Shown in pieces: positions 9,607 through 20,244 of a DNA stretch of 64,000 nucleotides (within the stretch, counting starts at the first letter, position 1; the number at the start of each line of letters is the position of its first letter). Under the pieces are notes generated by a model. That model worked only from the letters and a program-made list of their open reading frames with translations, had not been told where the DNA came from and searched no databases. The position numbers were made by a program, and so were the translations under genes. Source of the DNA: an uncultured Candidatus Binatia bacterium (GTDB lineage Bacteria; Desulfobacterota; Binatia; Bin18); contig OZ243961.1 in assembly GCA_965214605.1 (NCBI GenBank), forward strand, positions 3,488,001-3,552,000, given 5' to 3'.

Positions 9607-10084
9607 TCTCAGTTTTCTTCGGGCCGCTATTGCCGTTCCCGTCCTGGAGATAGATGAGAGCAAAGCCCACCTGGGAGAGGTTGAAGGTTTTATTCGTCCG
9701 GGTATGTATCGAACCCGCGCCCTGGCCAAACCCAGACAGTTCGGTCGCCCAGTCCGGATAGGCGTTGAAGGTGTTCACATGTTCGACGTTTTGAACCGGC
9801 AGTAAAATGACGGCATGGGCACCGATCTGGCAGGCTTCGAAGCGAATCAGGTGTTGCATCCGAGACAGCTCGTCCTGTTCGTTCCCGTACGACCAGATTT
9901 GAGCAATGGTTTCGTGGGCTCTGTCGGGCGGGGCTTGGAGCATCGCCATTTGACAATCGTGAGGACGGGGGTCGGGGTAGATCGGAGCGGTTCTCTGTAC
10001 CCAGGCCACCGGTTTTCCCTTGGGCGAACAACCCGCCAACAGACATCCCGATACTATCAGCAAACAGCAGCAGATGAGATGCAT
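9581..10084 (-). CDS. Hypothetical lipoprotein
   Basis: Signal peptide with LAGC lipobox; EACQIGAHAVIL resembles small YbjQ/DUF4156-like domains. Confidence 0.6.
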   Translation of the reverse strand: MHLICCCLLIVSGCLLAGCSPKGKPVAWVQRTAPIYPDPRPHDCQMAMLQAPPDRAHETIAQIWSYGNEQDELSRMQHLIRFEACQIGAHAVILLPVQNVEHVNTFNAYPDWATELSGFGQGAGSIHTRTNKTFNLSQVGFALIYLQDGNGNSGPKKTENAQNNAIY

Positions 10085-10110
10085 GGCTCGCCTTCCTTGC
10101 GAGGCTGAGG

Positions 10111-10671
10111 TCAGCCTGTCACCCCCACCATAAACCGCCCTGCAGGTCGGTGCAAGCGCAGCTCCGGTCCGGCAGTAGCAACAGAGGAGAGATGGACAAT
10201 AAAGGCACACGCTACGTCAGCCGCTTCGGGCTGACGTACAATGACTTCAATCTGCCAGCTGTCGGCGTACAGCCGCACGCCACCGCTCGACCGATAGCGC
10301 CCCTCTCCTAAGGACACGGCAACGAGGGTTGTGGTCGTGCTGGTCGGTTTCCCCAGAGCTGGCAGCGGGGTGAAGACAAACACTACACGGCTCACCGTGG
10401 TCGGCGGCTGGCCGGCGCTATCCCGGACAGATGCAGTATAGGTGGGCGTGCCGTCCTGCTCGTAGCTCAGGGTGAAGCGGACCCGCAGGTCGTCGCAGGT
10501 CTTGGTCTGCGCTTGGGAGGGGGGTGGAGGACGAAAACTGGGCTGTGAGGACGCGGTACACGAGACGAGCAGGCCACACACCAGACTCAGCACACAACGG
10601 AGCGGGTGTGGGGAAGCGGGCAGCCCGCAGCCCGTCAGGCTGCTAAGCTCGGTTTGCCTGGAGAAGGCCAT
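10111..10671 (-). CDS. Hypothetical lipoprotein (FixH/YtkA-like Ig fold)
   Basis: LVSC lipobox; VRDSAGQP...GEGRY...WQIEVIV beta-strand pattern. Confidence 0.5.
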   Translation of the reverse strand: MAFSRQTELSSLTGCGLPASPHPLRCVLSLVCGLLVSCTASSQPSFRPPPPSQAQTKTCDDLRVRFTLSYEQDGTPTYTASVRDSAGQPPTTVSRVVFVFTPLPALGKPTSTTTTLVAVSLGEGRYRSSGGVRLYADSWQIEVIVRQPEAADVACAFIVHLSSVATAGPELRLHRPAGRFMVGVTG

Positions 10672-10679
10672 AGGAGGGC

Positions 10680-12011
10680 TTACGAGGCTCCGACGGACAC
10701 CGCGTCGGGCAGCTGATGAGCAGTCTGCCAGGCGGCCAGGTCGCGCAGCGCCCGTTGGGCCAGAATGGACTTTTTCTGGCGTCCTTGCAAGCGACGCGAG
10801 AGCGGGGGAAACAGGCCGTAGTTGATGTTCATGGGTTGAAACTCACGGCGTTCGCTGCTGGTGATATAGGTGAATAAAGCGCCCAACGCGGTCGTTGCCG
10901 GGGCACCTAGGAGCGGGGCTCGCCGGGCGTACCGGGCGGCGTTCAGCCCCGCTAGCAGGCCGGCCGCGGCCGACTCCAAATAGCCTTCCACTCCAACCAT
11001 CTGGCCGGCAAAGAACAGGTCTCCGCGGTCTCGAAACTGGAGGGTCGGTTTGAGCAGCCGGGGCGAGTCAATAAAGGTGTTCCGATGGAGACTGCCGAGG
11101 CGCACAAACTCGGCCTGCTCCAGACCTGGGATGGTACGAAACACCCGGCGTTGTTCCGGATAGCTCATCTTGGTCTGAAAGCCGACCATCCCCCACAAAC
11201 TGCCAGCCCGGTCGTCCTGACGGAGCTGGACAACCGCATAGGGCTGCTTGCCTGTTCGCGGATCGCTCAGGCCGACCGGCTTCAGCGGCCCAAAGGCCAG
11301 GGTGTCTCTGCCGCGTCGTGCCATCTCCTCAATCGGTAAGCAGCCCTCAAAATACACCGCCCGCTCGAACTCTTTGGCTTCCACCTTGCGCGCCCTCATA
11401 ATGTCGTCAACAAGGCGGTAATACTCCTCCTGATTCAGCGGACAGTTCAGATAGTCGTCGCCGCCACGATTATAGCGGGAGGCCCGAAACACCACCTCCC
11501 GATTGATAGAGGCGGCCTGAATTATTGGAGAAATGGCATCGTAAAAATACAGATAGTCACTGCCAAATAAGGCCTGGAGCCGGGCAGACAGAGCGGGCGA
11601 GGTCAAGGGGCCGGTGGCTACGACTGTGACGCCATCCGGTAGGCTGTCGACTTCTTGGCGCCGGATTTCAATCAGCGGATGGCCGGTCAGGGCCTCGCCC
11701 ACCGTATGGGAGAACATCTCCCGATCTACGGCCAGCGCCTGGCCGGCGGGTACCTGCGAGGCATCCGCAGCGCGCATAATCAGCGAACCCAAGTGGCGCA
11801 TTTCCTGTTTGAGCAACCCGATTGCGGTTGTCAACGATACGCTGCGCAAAGAATTTGAACACACCAGCTCGGCAAAGCCGTCCGTTTGGTGCGCCTCGGT
11901 CGGCCGCACCGGCCGCATCTCGTGCAAACATACGGCAAGGCCGGATTGAGCGATTTGCCATGCGGCTTCGCTTCCGGCCAGCCCGCCGCCAATGACTGTG
12001 ATGGCTTGCAT
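10680..12011 (-). CDS. trmFO: Methylenetetrahydrofolate--tRNA-(uracil-5-)-methyltransferase TrmFO
   Basis: [39 protein letters not shown] and [14 protein letters not shown] motifs. Confidence 0.97.
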   Translation of the reverse strand: MQAITVIGGGLAGSEAAWQIAQSGLAVCLHEMRPVRPTEAHQTDGFAELVCSNSLRSVSLTTAIGLLKQEMRHLGSLIMRAADASQVPAGQALAVDREMFSHTVGEALTGHPLIEIRRQEVDSLPDGVTVVATGPLTSPALSARLQALFGSDYLYFYDAISPIIQAASINREVVFRASRYNRGGDDYLNCPLNQEEYYRLVDDIMRARKVEAKEFERAVYFEGCLPIEEMARRGRDTLAFGPLKPVGLSDPRTGKQPYAVVQLRQDDRAGSLWGMVGFQTKMSYPEQRRVFRTIPGLEQAEFVRLGSLHRNTFIDSPRLLKPTLQFRDRGDLFFAGQMVGVEGYLESAAAGLLAGLNAARYARRAPLLGAPATTALGALFTYITSSERREFQPMNINYGLFPPLSRRLQGRQKKSILAQRALRDLAAWQTAHQLPDAVSVGAS

Positions 12012-12079
12012 CGTCTGTCAAAGCTCAAAAAATGGGCCCATCATCACAATGAAGTATGTCCTCCATTGCATGCCTCTCT

Positions 12080-14530
12080 TCACCCCGCCACCTGATCCAT
12101 GGCCGGCTCGGTTGCTGTCGGGACCTCCTCGACCGACACAGTGTAGTCGCACTCGTCCCGGAAACAGCGTCGGGTCGTGCCGGTCCGCTTGGTCGTTTTT
12201 TCGACTACAAAGGGCGCCTGGCACCGCGGGCAGGGCGTGGCCACGGGCTTATCCCACAGCGCAAATTCGCATTTGGGGTAGCGGTTACATCCGTAGAAGG
12301 TCTTTCCGCGTCTGGACTGCTTCTGCTGGAGCTCACCCTCCTGACAGTCCGGACAGGCGATACCCAAGGATACGGCCGCGGCCTGGCCTAACTTTTTTAT
12401 CGCCTTACACTCCGGGTAGCCCGAACAGCCGAGAAACGCGCCATACCGACCAGAGCGGACCTGCATGGGTCTGCCACACTCTTCACAGGTCTCGTCGGTT
12501 AGAGTCTCGGGCAGAGCTTGGGGCACAATGTCTCCCTGTTCGTTGCGGCTGAAGTTGCGGGTTGCGGTGCAGTCGGGATAGTTTGTACAGGCTAGAAACT
12601 CGCCGTTGCGTCCCCATTTGATGATCATCTTCCCATCAGCGCATTCCTGGCAGGCGAGATCGGTCGTCGTGCCTGCGCCGACATCACGCATTTCTTTGGC
12701 GGCTTTTTCAAGTCTGGTCGAGAAGGGAACGTAGAAGCGCTCCATGGCCTGTTGCCAGTTTTCTTTTCCCTCCTCAATTTTATCCAGAATTTCTTCCATG
12801 CCGGCGGTGAACTCGGCGTTCAGAATATCGGGGAAGGACTCGACTAGGAGTTCGGTGACCAGCATGCCGAGGTCGGTGGGCCGCAAGCGCCGCTGCTCGT
12901 CTTCATAGACGTACTCTTTGTTGAGAATCGTGCTCATAATTGCAGCGTAGGTCGACGGGCGGCCAATCCCGTCCTCTTCAAGCTCTTTGATCAAGGTGGC
13001 CTGGGTAAAGCGGGGCGGTGGCTGGGTGAAGTGTTGATTGGGTGCCACTTTCAGCAGGGTTAGAATTTCCCCCTCAGTCAGCGGCGGAAGCTGCTTCTCT
13101 TCGTCTTTGTCGGCGTTGGTTTTATCGTCTGTGCCTTCACTATAGACCCGCAGGAACCCATCGAAGCGCATGACTTGACCACTAGCTCGGAACAGATAGT
13201 CATTGACCGACATATCAACGCTGGTCAGCGCGGACGGGTCATTGACCAACATATCAACGCTGGTCTGTTCAAACTGGGCTGGGGCCATCTGGCTGGCCAG
13301 AAAACGGTTCCAGATCAAGGTATAGAGTTTGAGTTCTTCTGGTTTGAGATACGGAGCGACGGACGTAGGGGTGTAATCCAACGAGGTCGGACGAATTGCC
13401 TCATGGGCCTCTTGCGCGCTCTTTGCCGAACGGTAGATGTTTGGTCGCTTAGGGACATATTGGGCGCCATAGGTTACAGTCAGATACTCACGCGCGGCCG
13501 CTGTCATCTGGGGCGAGATGCGCGGTGAATCCGTCCGCATATACGTAATCAGGCCAACCTCCCCCTCAGCTCCGAGTTTAACCCCCATATAGAGGCGCTG
13601 AGCAATACCCATTGTCCGGCTGGGAGCAAAACGCAGCTTACGGGACGCTTCTTGCTGGAGGCGCGAGGTGATGAATGGCGGGGCTGGCTTCCGGCGTTTA
13701 TTGCGTTTGGTCACAGTGGTGACCTTCCAGTCGGCACCGTCGATCCGCTTCAGCAGCGCTTGGGCCGCATCTTCAGTGCCAATCCGGACGCTTGCGGTGT
13801 TCGCCCTCTGAAGGCCGTCTACGGCCAGCAGTCCGTTGGCATCGAGCACCTGTTTGGCTGTGGCCTCCACCCGCAGATCGCCGACCTTGGCCAGTCGAGC
13901 CTCAAAGGCAGGGGGCAGCTGGCCCTCAAGAGTGGCAGTGATCGACCAGTATTCGACCGGCTCAAAGGCACGCAGGACTTGCTCGCGTTCGCTAATGATC
14001 CGGACCGCCACCGATTGGACGCGCCCGGCCGATAATCCCCCGCGCACTTTTTTCCACAGAAGCGGGCTAATTTTATACCCAACCAGGCGATCCAAAACAC
14101 GGCGCGCAATCTGGGCGTTGTAGCGTTCACGGTTGAGTTCCTTTGGGTTGTCCAGCGCGTCTTTGACCGCCTGTTGGGTGATTTCGTTGAGTAGGATACG
14201 GTAGATTTTAGTGTCTTTTAAGCCGCTTTTACCCCCTATTTTTTCGGCGATATGCCAGGCGATGGCTTCTCCTTCTCGGTCGGGGTCAGAGGCCAAAAAA
14301 ATCTGCTGTTTGCCCTTGGCCGCTTTGCGCAGCTCCTTAACCACCTTGCTTTTGCCGTGAATGACCTGGTATTGGACGGCAAAGCCGTTATCCACATCCA
14401 CCCCCAGCTTACTCTTAGGCAAGTCCATGATATGCCCAACCGAGGCCTTGACCTGGTAGCCACGTCCCAGGTATTTGCCGATCGTTCTGGCTTTAGCTGG
14501 AGATTCCACAATCACCAAATTTTTCACCAT
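12080..14530 (-). CDS. topA: DNA topoisomerase I
   Basis: LVIVESPAKA, DPDREGEAIAWH, SAGRVQS, LITYMRTDS, QEAHEAIRPT, GIGRPSTY and C-terminal C4 zinc ribbons. Confidence 0.98.
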   Translation of the reverse strand: MVKNLVIVESPAKARTIGKYLGRGYQVKASVGHIMDLPKSKLGVDVDNGFAVQYQVIHGKSKVVKELRKAAKGKQQIFLASDPDREGEAIAWHIAEKIGGKSGLKDTKIYRILLNEITQQAVKDALDNPKELNRERYNAQIARRVLDRLVGYKISPLLWKKVRGGLSAGRVQSVAVRIISEREQVLRAFEPVEYWSITATLEGQLPPAFEARLAKVGDLRVEATAKQVLDANGLLAVDGLQRANTASVRIGTEDAAQALLKRIDGADWKVTTVTKRNKRRKPAPPFITSRLQQEASRKLRFAPSRTMGIAQRLYMGVKLGAEGEVGLITYMRTDSPRISPQMTAAAREYLTVTYGAQYVPKRPNIYRSAKSAQEAHEAIRPTSLDYTPTSVAPYLKPEELKLYTLIWNRFLASQMAPAQFEQTSVDMLVNDPSALTSVDMSVNDYLFRASGQVMRFDGFLRVYSEGTDDKTNADKDEEKQLPPLTEGEILTLLKVAPNQHFTQPPPRFTQATLIKELEEDGIGRPSTYAAIMSTILNKEYVYEDEQRRLRPTDLGMLVTELLVESFPDILNAEFTAGMEEILDKIEEGKENWQQAMERFYVPFSTRLEKAAKEMRDVGAGTTTDLACQECADGKMIIKWGRNGEFLACTNYPDCTATRNFSRNEQGDIVPQALPETLTDETCEECGRPMQVRSGRYGAFLGCSGYPECKAIKKLGQAAAVSLGIACPDCQEGELQQKQSRRGKTFYGCNRYPKCEFALWDKPVATPCPRCQAPFVVEKTTKRTGTTRRCFRDECDYTVSVEEVPTATEPAMDQVAG
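13199..13265. repeat. 28-bp direct repeat (39-bp period) inside topA
   Basis: gtcattgaccgacatatcaacgctggtc (13199-13226) and gtcattgaccaacatatcaacgctggtc (13238-13265), one mismatch. Encodes TSVDMLVND-PSAL-TSVDMSVND. Confidence 0.9.
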
Positions 14531-14589
14531 TTTTCAGACCCTTCCGTTCCCCATCCATGTCCTAGTACGCTCCCTCTTGCAACCATAGC

Positions 14590-15400
14590 TGCTTTCTCAG
14601 TCTCGAACCGGCACCTCGTGCCCGGGGGAAGGAGGCGGACAGGTGGATAAGAATCCCGTCGAGTTCCAGTCTCAAACACCCGAGCCGGCCCAATTCCACT
14701 TCTGGCGATCAATACATCCATATGCATGCAAGGGCTCCCTGTCAAACAGCTTCACCTAGCAGCTCACCGTCGGGCTCAAAGGTCCAACATAGGCTGGCTG
14801 AGACTGGACAGATATAGGCTCGGATCCGTCTTGAAACTCGGCCCGACCGGTTGCGATCGGGAAAATGGCTGCGGGGTGGCTGCCCGGAAGGAAAGATCAC
14901 CGTGCTGTGCTGAATCATGTCTTGTGCCGGGGCCGATGCTCCAGACCCATCACCTCCGCTCCACTCAGTGTCCGTCCCCCAAGCCTTGAGTGCCGCGTGG
15001 GGTGGCTCTGGGCCAGCCCACTGACCACAGTCGCCCGTCCGTGAGTGAAATGATGCGCCCTCGTCCTGCGACTCTAAGCTGCCAGCGATATACACAAAGG
15101 GCGGCGGAGCGCGTCTGTAATTCTCCGGATAGCTCGAATTGGCGGGGGTCACCAGGCGCTTCTCAACCCTAGCGCTATACTCCAGCTCGGTGTCGACCGT
15201 CCCCTACTAAATCAAAGCCAGCAACGGTCCAGACGGCGAGCTCCGGCGTCTGTCGACCGTGCCACAGATGTGGCAAAAACGGCCTGAGGCGCATCAAAGT
15301 GCTCACGCAGCATTCGGACAGGGGACATTTGCCCACCAACCACCCCACGCACCGAATGCAGGGTCAGCCCTTTGCGCCACTGCGCCGGCTGGTACGCGTT
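14590..15400 (-). pseudogene. dprA: Degraded dprA (DNA-processing protein A)
   Basis: Fragments in several frames: LREHFDAPQAVFATS, VDTELE...LVTPANSSYPENY...PPPFVYIAGSL, FPSGQPPRSHFPDRNR and MHMDVLIARSGIG. Occupies the usual position upstream of topA. Bounds approximate. Confidence 0.75.
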
Positions 15401-15839
15401 TCCGTGAAGGCTGGGGCACTTCTTCAAGCCCGCTGGACTCTCGGCGGCTACGGTTGTGCGGGGCGGTGGGTGCGGCAACCCTTTCGACCTCTGTGTCGTG
15501 CCTGTCGCGGAGCCTCGGCCGGGCGTCGTTCCCCTCCTCCTAGATAGTGAGGTTAAAGCGGGCGGCCTGGTCCGGCACTATCTCAAAGCGCCTGACGCTT
15601 TCTTTGGAATTGCGGTCCACGATTTGTGGAGAACATGCCCAAGCAGCGAGAAGAGGCGGCAGTGCGCTAGGCACTCGCCAAATGCTCGCAACGCTCCGCC
15701 AAGGGAAAGATCGTCTTCACATCCTGCCGTGTCGAGGCAGCAGACCTTTATGTCAAAGTGCTTCTGGACCGCTTGAAGACCATTTGATACAAGTCCAGAC
15801 CATTAATGAGGGTGCAAACGCACCGCTTTCTCAACCACT

Positions 15840-17558
15840 ATGCTAACTATTCAGCAGCTACTCGAAGAAAAGACAACCCAAGCCTTAGCCGCAGCCAGCG
15901 GGACCTTGGCCCCCGCCCTGGTCAACCCGGCGGCCAATCCGAAATTTGGCGATTATCAGGCCAACGGGGTGATGGCGGTTGCCAAGATGCAAAAGACAAA
16001 CCCCCGTCAGCTTGCCCAAGAGGTTAGCGCTCGGCTGAGTCGTGATGAAATTCCGGCTACCTGGGAGATCGCCGGGCCTGGCTTTATCAATTTTCGCCTC
16101 GACCCCGACTGGCTCGGCCAAACTGTTCTCAAGGCCGCGCTTGATGCCCGGTTGGGGGTGGAGCCCGCGGCGCAGCCGGAAACGATTGTGATTGATTTTA
16201 GCGCGCCCAATATTGCCAAACCCATGCATGTGGGCCACATCCGCTCGACAATTCTGGGCGACGCCCTGGCACGCATCCTGCGCTTTATCGGCCATGGCGT
16301 GGTGACGGACAACCACGTTGGTGACTGGGGCACCCAGTTTGGCATGCTGATCGTTGGCTATCGGACCGTGTTGGACAAAGACGCCTACCGCCGCGATCCG
16401 CTCAGCGAAATGGAACGTATCTATAAGGCCGTGCAGGCTCGGACCAAGACGGATCTGGCGGTCGCCGATCAGGCTCGCCAAGAGCTGGTCAAGCTGCAGA
16501 AGGGCGATGCTGAGAATACGGCCCTGTGGCAAGAGTTTATGGATATTTCGCGCCGAGCTTTTGAGCGACTCTACCAGCGGCTCAATATCAGCTTTGACCA
16601 CTGGCTGGGCGAGAGTTTTTATAATCCAATGCTGGCCGGCGTGGTGCAGGACTTACAGGACAAGCACATTGCCCGACCTAGTGAGGGGGCGGTGTGTATC
16701 TTTTATGACGATGACCCCCAGCTGGCCGACCGCCCGTTTCTGATCCAGAAGTCGGATGGGGCGTTCCTGTATGCCACCACTGACCTGGCGACGATTCGGT
16801 ATCGGATCGAAACGTTTCGACCGGACCGCATTGTGTACGTAACCGATGGCCGCCAGCAGCTGCACTTCAAGCAACTGTTTGCTGCTGCACGTAAGTGGGG
16901 CTATCAGCCCAAGCTCGAACATGTTTGGTTTGGGACCATCCTGGGCGAGGATGGTAGGCCGATTAAGACCCGCGAGGGTGAGCCGGTCAAGCTCAAAGCT
17001 CTGCTCGACGAAGCCGTACAACGAGCTCTGGCCGTGGTCCACAACAAAAACCCGAGCCTCTCTGAGACCGAGCGGCAAGAGGTCGCCCGAATAGTTGGGC
17101 TCGGGGCGGTGAAATACGCCGATTTAATGCAGAATCGTACGGCCGACTATCGCTTCAGCTGGGATAAGCTGCTGGCTTTTGAGGGCAACACGGCCCCGTA
17201 TCTCCAGTACGTGTATGCCCGCATTCGTTCAATTTTTCGGCGCGGTGGCTTGACCGACTGGCAGCCTACGGCGGACATGGACATCCGACTCCAAGCAGCG
17301 GAAGAGCTAGAGCTGGCCAAACAGATGATTCGCTTTGGCGATGTTTTGCTCGAAGTCGAGCGCGCCTACAAGCCCAACCTGCTGGCCGGTTTTTTGTACG
17401 ACTTGGCCGCCAAGTTCAACCTCTTCTACCAAGCTCACCAGGTGCTGAAAGCGTCTCCAGACCAACGGCCGACCCGTCTGTTGCTGTGTGCGCTAACCGC
17501 CCGCTATTTGAAGACGGGTTTGGATCTGTTGGGCATTGAAACTCTAGAAGCGATGTGA
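15840..17558 (+). CDS. argS: Arginine--tRNA ligase
   Basis: FGDYQAN, AGPGFINF, PNIAKPMHVGHIRST, NHVGDWGTQFG and GNTAPYLQY motifs. Confidence 0.98.
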   Translation: MLTIQQLLEEKTTQALAAASGTLAPALVNPAANPKFGDYQANGVMAVAKMQKTNPRQLAQEVSARLSRDEIPATWEIAGPGFINFRLDPDWLGQTVLKAALDARLGVEPAAQPETIVIDFSAPNIAKPMHVGHIRSTILGDALARILRFIGHGVVTDNHVGDWGTQFGMLIVGYRTVLDKDAYRRDPLSEMERIYKAVQARTKTDLAVADQARQELVKLQKGDAENTALWQEFMDISRRAFERLYQRLNISFDHWLGESFYNPMLAGVVQDLQDKHIARPSEGAVCIFYDDDPQLADRPFLIQKSDGAFLYATTDLATIRYRIETFRPDRIVYVTDGRQQLHFKQLFAAARKWGYQPKLEHVWFGTILGEDGRPIKTREGEPVKLKALLDEAVQRALAVVHNKNPSLSETERQEVARIVGLGAVKYADLMQNRTADYRFSWDKLLAFEGNTAPYLQYVYARIRSIFRRGGLTDWQPTADMDIRLQAAEELELAKQMIRFGDVLLEVERAYKPNLLAGFLYDLAAKFNLFYQAHQVLKASPDQRPTRLLLCALTARYLKTGLDLLGIETLEAM

Positions 17559-17565
17559 GACTGCC

Positions 17566-18411
17566 ATGTTGGTTACCCGTTACACGCCCGACCCCGTCTC
17601 AATTGCCTATGATATCGTCGGCCGCGGTCCACTGCTTATCTTTCTCCATGGCATCGGTGGCAACCGCACCAACTGGACCAGCCAGCTCGAATCCTTTGGC
17701 ACGCGTTTCTGCGCGGTGGCCTGGGACGCCCGCGGCTATGGTGACAGTCATGATTTTTCCCAGCCCTTACGCTTCAGCGATTATGCCGATGATCTGCTGC
17801 GTTTGCTGGATCACCTCAAGGCCGAGCGGGCCCACCTAGTTGGTCTGTCCATGGGGGGGATGATTATTCAGGACTTCTATCGGCGGTATGCCGAGCGGGT
17901 CGCCAGCCTATCCTTGGTTGATACCTCGGCTGGTTTTGGCGGAGCACCCGAGGAGGTTAAACGCGACTTTCTGGCCCGCCGTCTTGATCCTTTAGAACGG
18001 GGTCTCAGCCCGCAAGATATAGCCCCGAGTGTAATTGAGGTGCTGGTGGCCGAGAGTGCTTCTCCTGAGGTGCGGGCAAAACTCCAGGCTTCACTGTCGG
18101 CCCTACGGGTCGAGCCATACAAACAAGCCCTACACGCAATCGTAACGACTGATTTTCGACCGGTGTTGCCACGGATTAGCGTGCCGACCCTGGTTATTGT
18201 TGGCGAGGAGGATCGGGTCACACCGCCCCAAGCCTCAGAATTTTTGGCCAGCAGTATCGCTCGTGCCTCACTGGTGAAAATTCCCGATGCCGGTCATCTA
18301 ACCAACCTTGAACGCCCCGAGGCGTTTAACGCCGCCCTGGCAGCCTTCCTTGAACGGCAAACAGGAGAAGCGTCGGTGGTGTCGGCGGGCCGAGGAGATG
18401 AGGATGGGTGA
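17566..18411 (+). CDS. Alpha/beta hydrolase (PcaD/MhpC-like)
   Basis: FLHGIGG, DARGYGDS, nucleophile elbow GLSMGG, GEEDRVTP and AGHLTNLE. Confidence 0.9.
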   Translation: MLVTRYTPDPVSIAYDIVGRGPLLIFLHGIGGNRTNWTSQLESFGTRFCAVAWDARGYGDSHDFSQPLRFSDYADDLLRLLDHLKAERAHLVGLSMGGMIIQDFYRRYAERVASLSLVDTSAGFGGAPEEVKRDFLARRLDPLERGLSPQDIAPSVIEVLVAESASPEVRAKLQASLSALRVEPYKQALHAIVTTDFRPVLPRISVPTLVIVGEEDRVTPPQASEFLASSIARASLVKIPDAGHLTNLERPEAFNAALAAFLERQTGEASVVSAGRGDEDG

Positions 18412-19150
18412 ACAGCCCGGTTAAGAACGCGCCACGGAAATCGACGTTCACTACCCCTGATTTCCCGAAGCCTTCTCCTCACAGGTCTAAGGAATACTAG
18501 CCCCCCGAGACGGTCTTAGACCACAATTTGCGGGGCTGTCCGATGAGAGCACGGGCCACGTATCGAAGAGATGAACAAAGGCCGAGTAGAGACCACCCCC
18601 TCCTCTCCAACCCGTCTCTCTACATCTGGGTTGATGAGCACATGTGCCGCTTGGTCAGCGACACCTATACCGAAGCCAACCGCTAGAGTCCTGAGCATTT
18701 CAGAGCCTTTGCCCGTATGTATTTCGCCCCCAAGCCGACCTCTGGCCGACCTCGACTAGACGCCCAAGATTCTCGGCTTCGTCAGAGCAGATGGTGCGGT
18801 ATGCTGATTAGCAGCTGCTCTTCAGAGCAGACTCTGGAGGAGCAGTGTGTTCATCGTATACAGATTGACTCCGCATGGGGAGCGTGTTGCATTTTTGGTC
18901 GGTCTCCCTCTGTCTGAAGAGAGTTAAGAACAAGATTGATGACAAGACTGCGGGTTGCAGGAGTCATAATGGAACGTGTCAACCGGCATGGGGGCACGGC
19001 TCATAATCCGGAAAGGAAAAAGAGACTCTGCCAAGAAATAGCAAAAAACACGAGCCTATTCCGCAGCGCTTCTCACAGAGACGTTCACCAACGTCTGTTG
19101 ACGGAAAGATTAGCCGCGGCGGGACAGGAGGATTGATCGTTCGCCTGCTC

Positions 19151-20218
19151 TCATTTCGAGGGCGCTTTCCAGATCCCCCGATCTTGCATCAGCCTAATCT
19201 GTCTGTCGATGACCTCCGTCTTGTACTCGGCGTGCTTGCCGGGGATGCGGCCGAGATAGCGGTTCTTAGGATAAATGGACTGCTCATAAATAAGCTGGGC
19301 CATCTCGGCCCGGACGTCTTTCAACCAATTCGTCACCTGAGCTGTGGCCCGGTGGTGACGCAGGGCTTCGATGTCGATAACACCTCTTACATATGTCGAG
19401 CCGTTGGTGTCGCGCTGCTTCCCGATAATTGTACCCTTGTAGTCAACGACCATGGATTGGCCGCTGCCGGCGTCGATCGGTGTTTGACTGTCCGGATAGA
19501 GATAATAGCCGCCGATATTGGGCGCCACCACATACATATTGTTTTCCAGCGCGCGGGCCCGGTTGGAGATCTCAAACATGTCGTTTTGGGTGAACGGACC
19601 GGGCAGGGAAGCCCGGTAGACCACCTCGGCTCCGTTCATGGCTAGCCCGCGGCCGTTCTCGGGGTAATTGCCCTCCATCGCCATCATGATCCCCAGCCGC
19701 CCAATCTCAGTGTCAACGACCGGCCAGAAGGCGTCTAGCGTGCGACCGTACTTATCAATCCACCAGTCGAACAAATCGTGTGGCGAGACCGAGCGCTCGC
19801 ACGGCAGCAGGGAAGAGATCTTGTAGTGTTTGAGAAGGAGATCGCCGTTCGGGTCGAGAATAAAGCCGACATTAAAAAACAGGGTTGGCCAGTCTCCGTG
19901 CCGAGCCTTGGCCTGAGCCATGATAAACACCTGCCATTGGCGGGCTAGTTCGGCTAGCTGGTCGGTTTCGGGACCAGGAATATCAATCGCACACGTTCGA
20001 GCGAATTCGGCGTGGTCAACATCCAACACCTCATCGGTAAAACCCTGGAGAGCCCCTTCCGGAATGGCCAACAGACGAACCGGGATATCAAGGTTTGACA
20101 GCCAGAACGCGGCTTTCGTCAGACTTTTAATATGTTCGATGTTTTTCTGCATATCTTCGCGCTTCCGAATACCCCAAAACGTGGGCACTAATCCGACAGC
20201 GTTGTACGGTTCAGTCAT
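19151..20218 (-). CDS. Nitrilase-superfamily carbon-nitrogen hydrolase homologue (catalytic Cys replaced by Ala)
   Basis: PEG (Glu), FNVGFI, HYK (Lys), GIMMAMEGNYPE, NRARALEN and GSGQSMVVD. ATG 20218 follows GGAGG. Confidence 0.85.
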   Translation of the reverse strand: MTEPYNAVGLVPTFWGIRKREDMQKNIEHIKSLTKAAFWLSNLDIPVRLLAIPEGALQGFTDEVLDVDHAEFARTCAIDIPGPETDQLAELARQWQVFIMAQAKARHGDWPTLFFNVGFILDPNGDLLLKHYKISSLLPCERSVSPHDLFDWWIDKYGRTLDAFWPVVDTEIGRLGIMMAMEGNYPENGRGLAMNGAEVVYRASLPGPFTQNDMFEISNRARALENNMYVVAPNIGGYYLYPDSQTPIDAGSGQSMVVDYKGTIIGKQRDTNGSTYVRGVIDIEALRHHRATAQVTNWLKDVRAEMAQLIYEQSIYPKNRYLGRIPGKHAEYKTEVIDRQIRLMQDRGIWKAPSK

Positions 20219-20244
20219 GCGTATCCTCCCTGTTGGCAGCTCTG

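Noticed and set aside
15420-15839. Short ORFs upstream of argS
   Set aside because: No motifs or convincing RBS; probably decayed or regulatory DNA.
15885-16601. Long antisense ORFs (e.g. 15885-16601, 34213-34887) and N-terminal extensions such as 5693-5965
   Set aside because: Shadow frames of well-supported genes in GC-rich DNA, with no motifs of their own.
18412-19150. Possible gene remnant (DHPLLSNPSLYIWVDEHM...)
   Set aside because: No recognisable family; short, interrupted frames on both strands.
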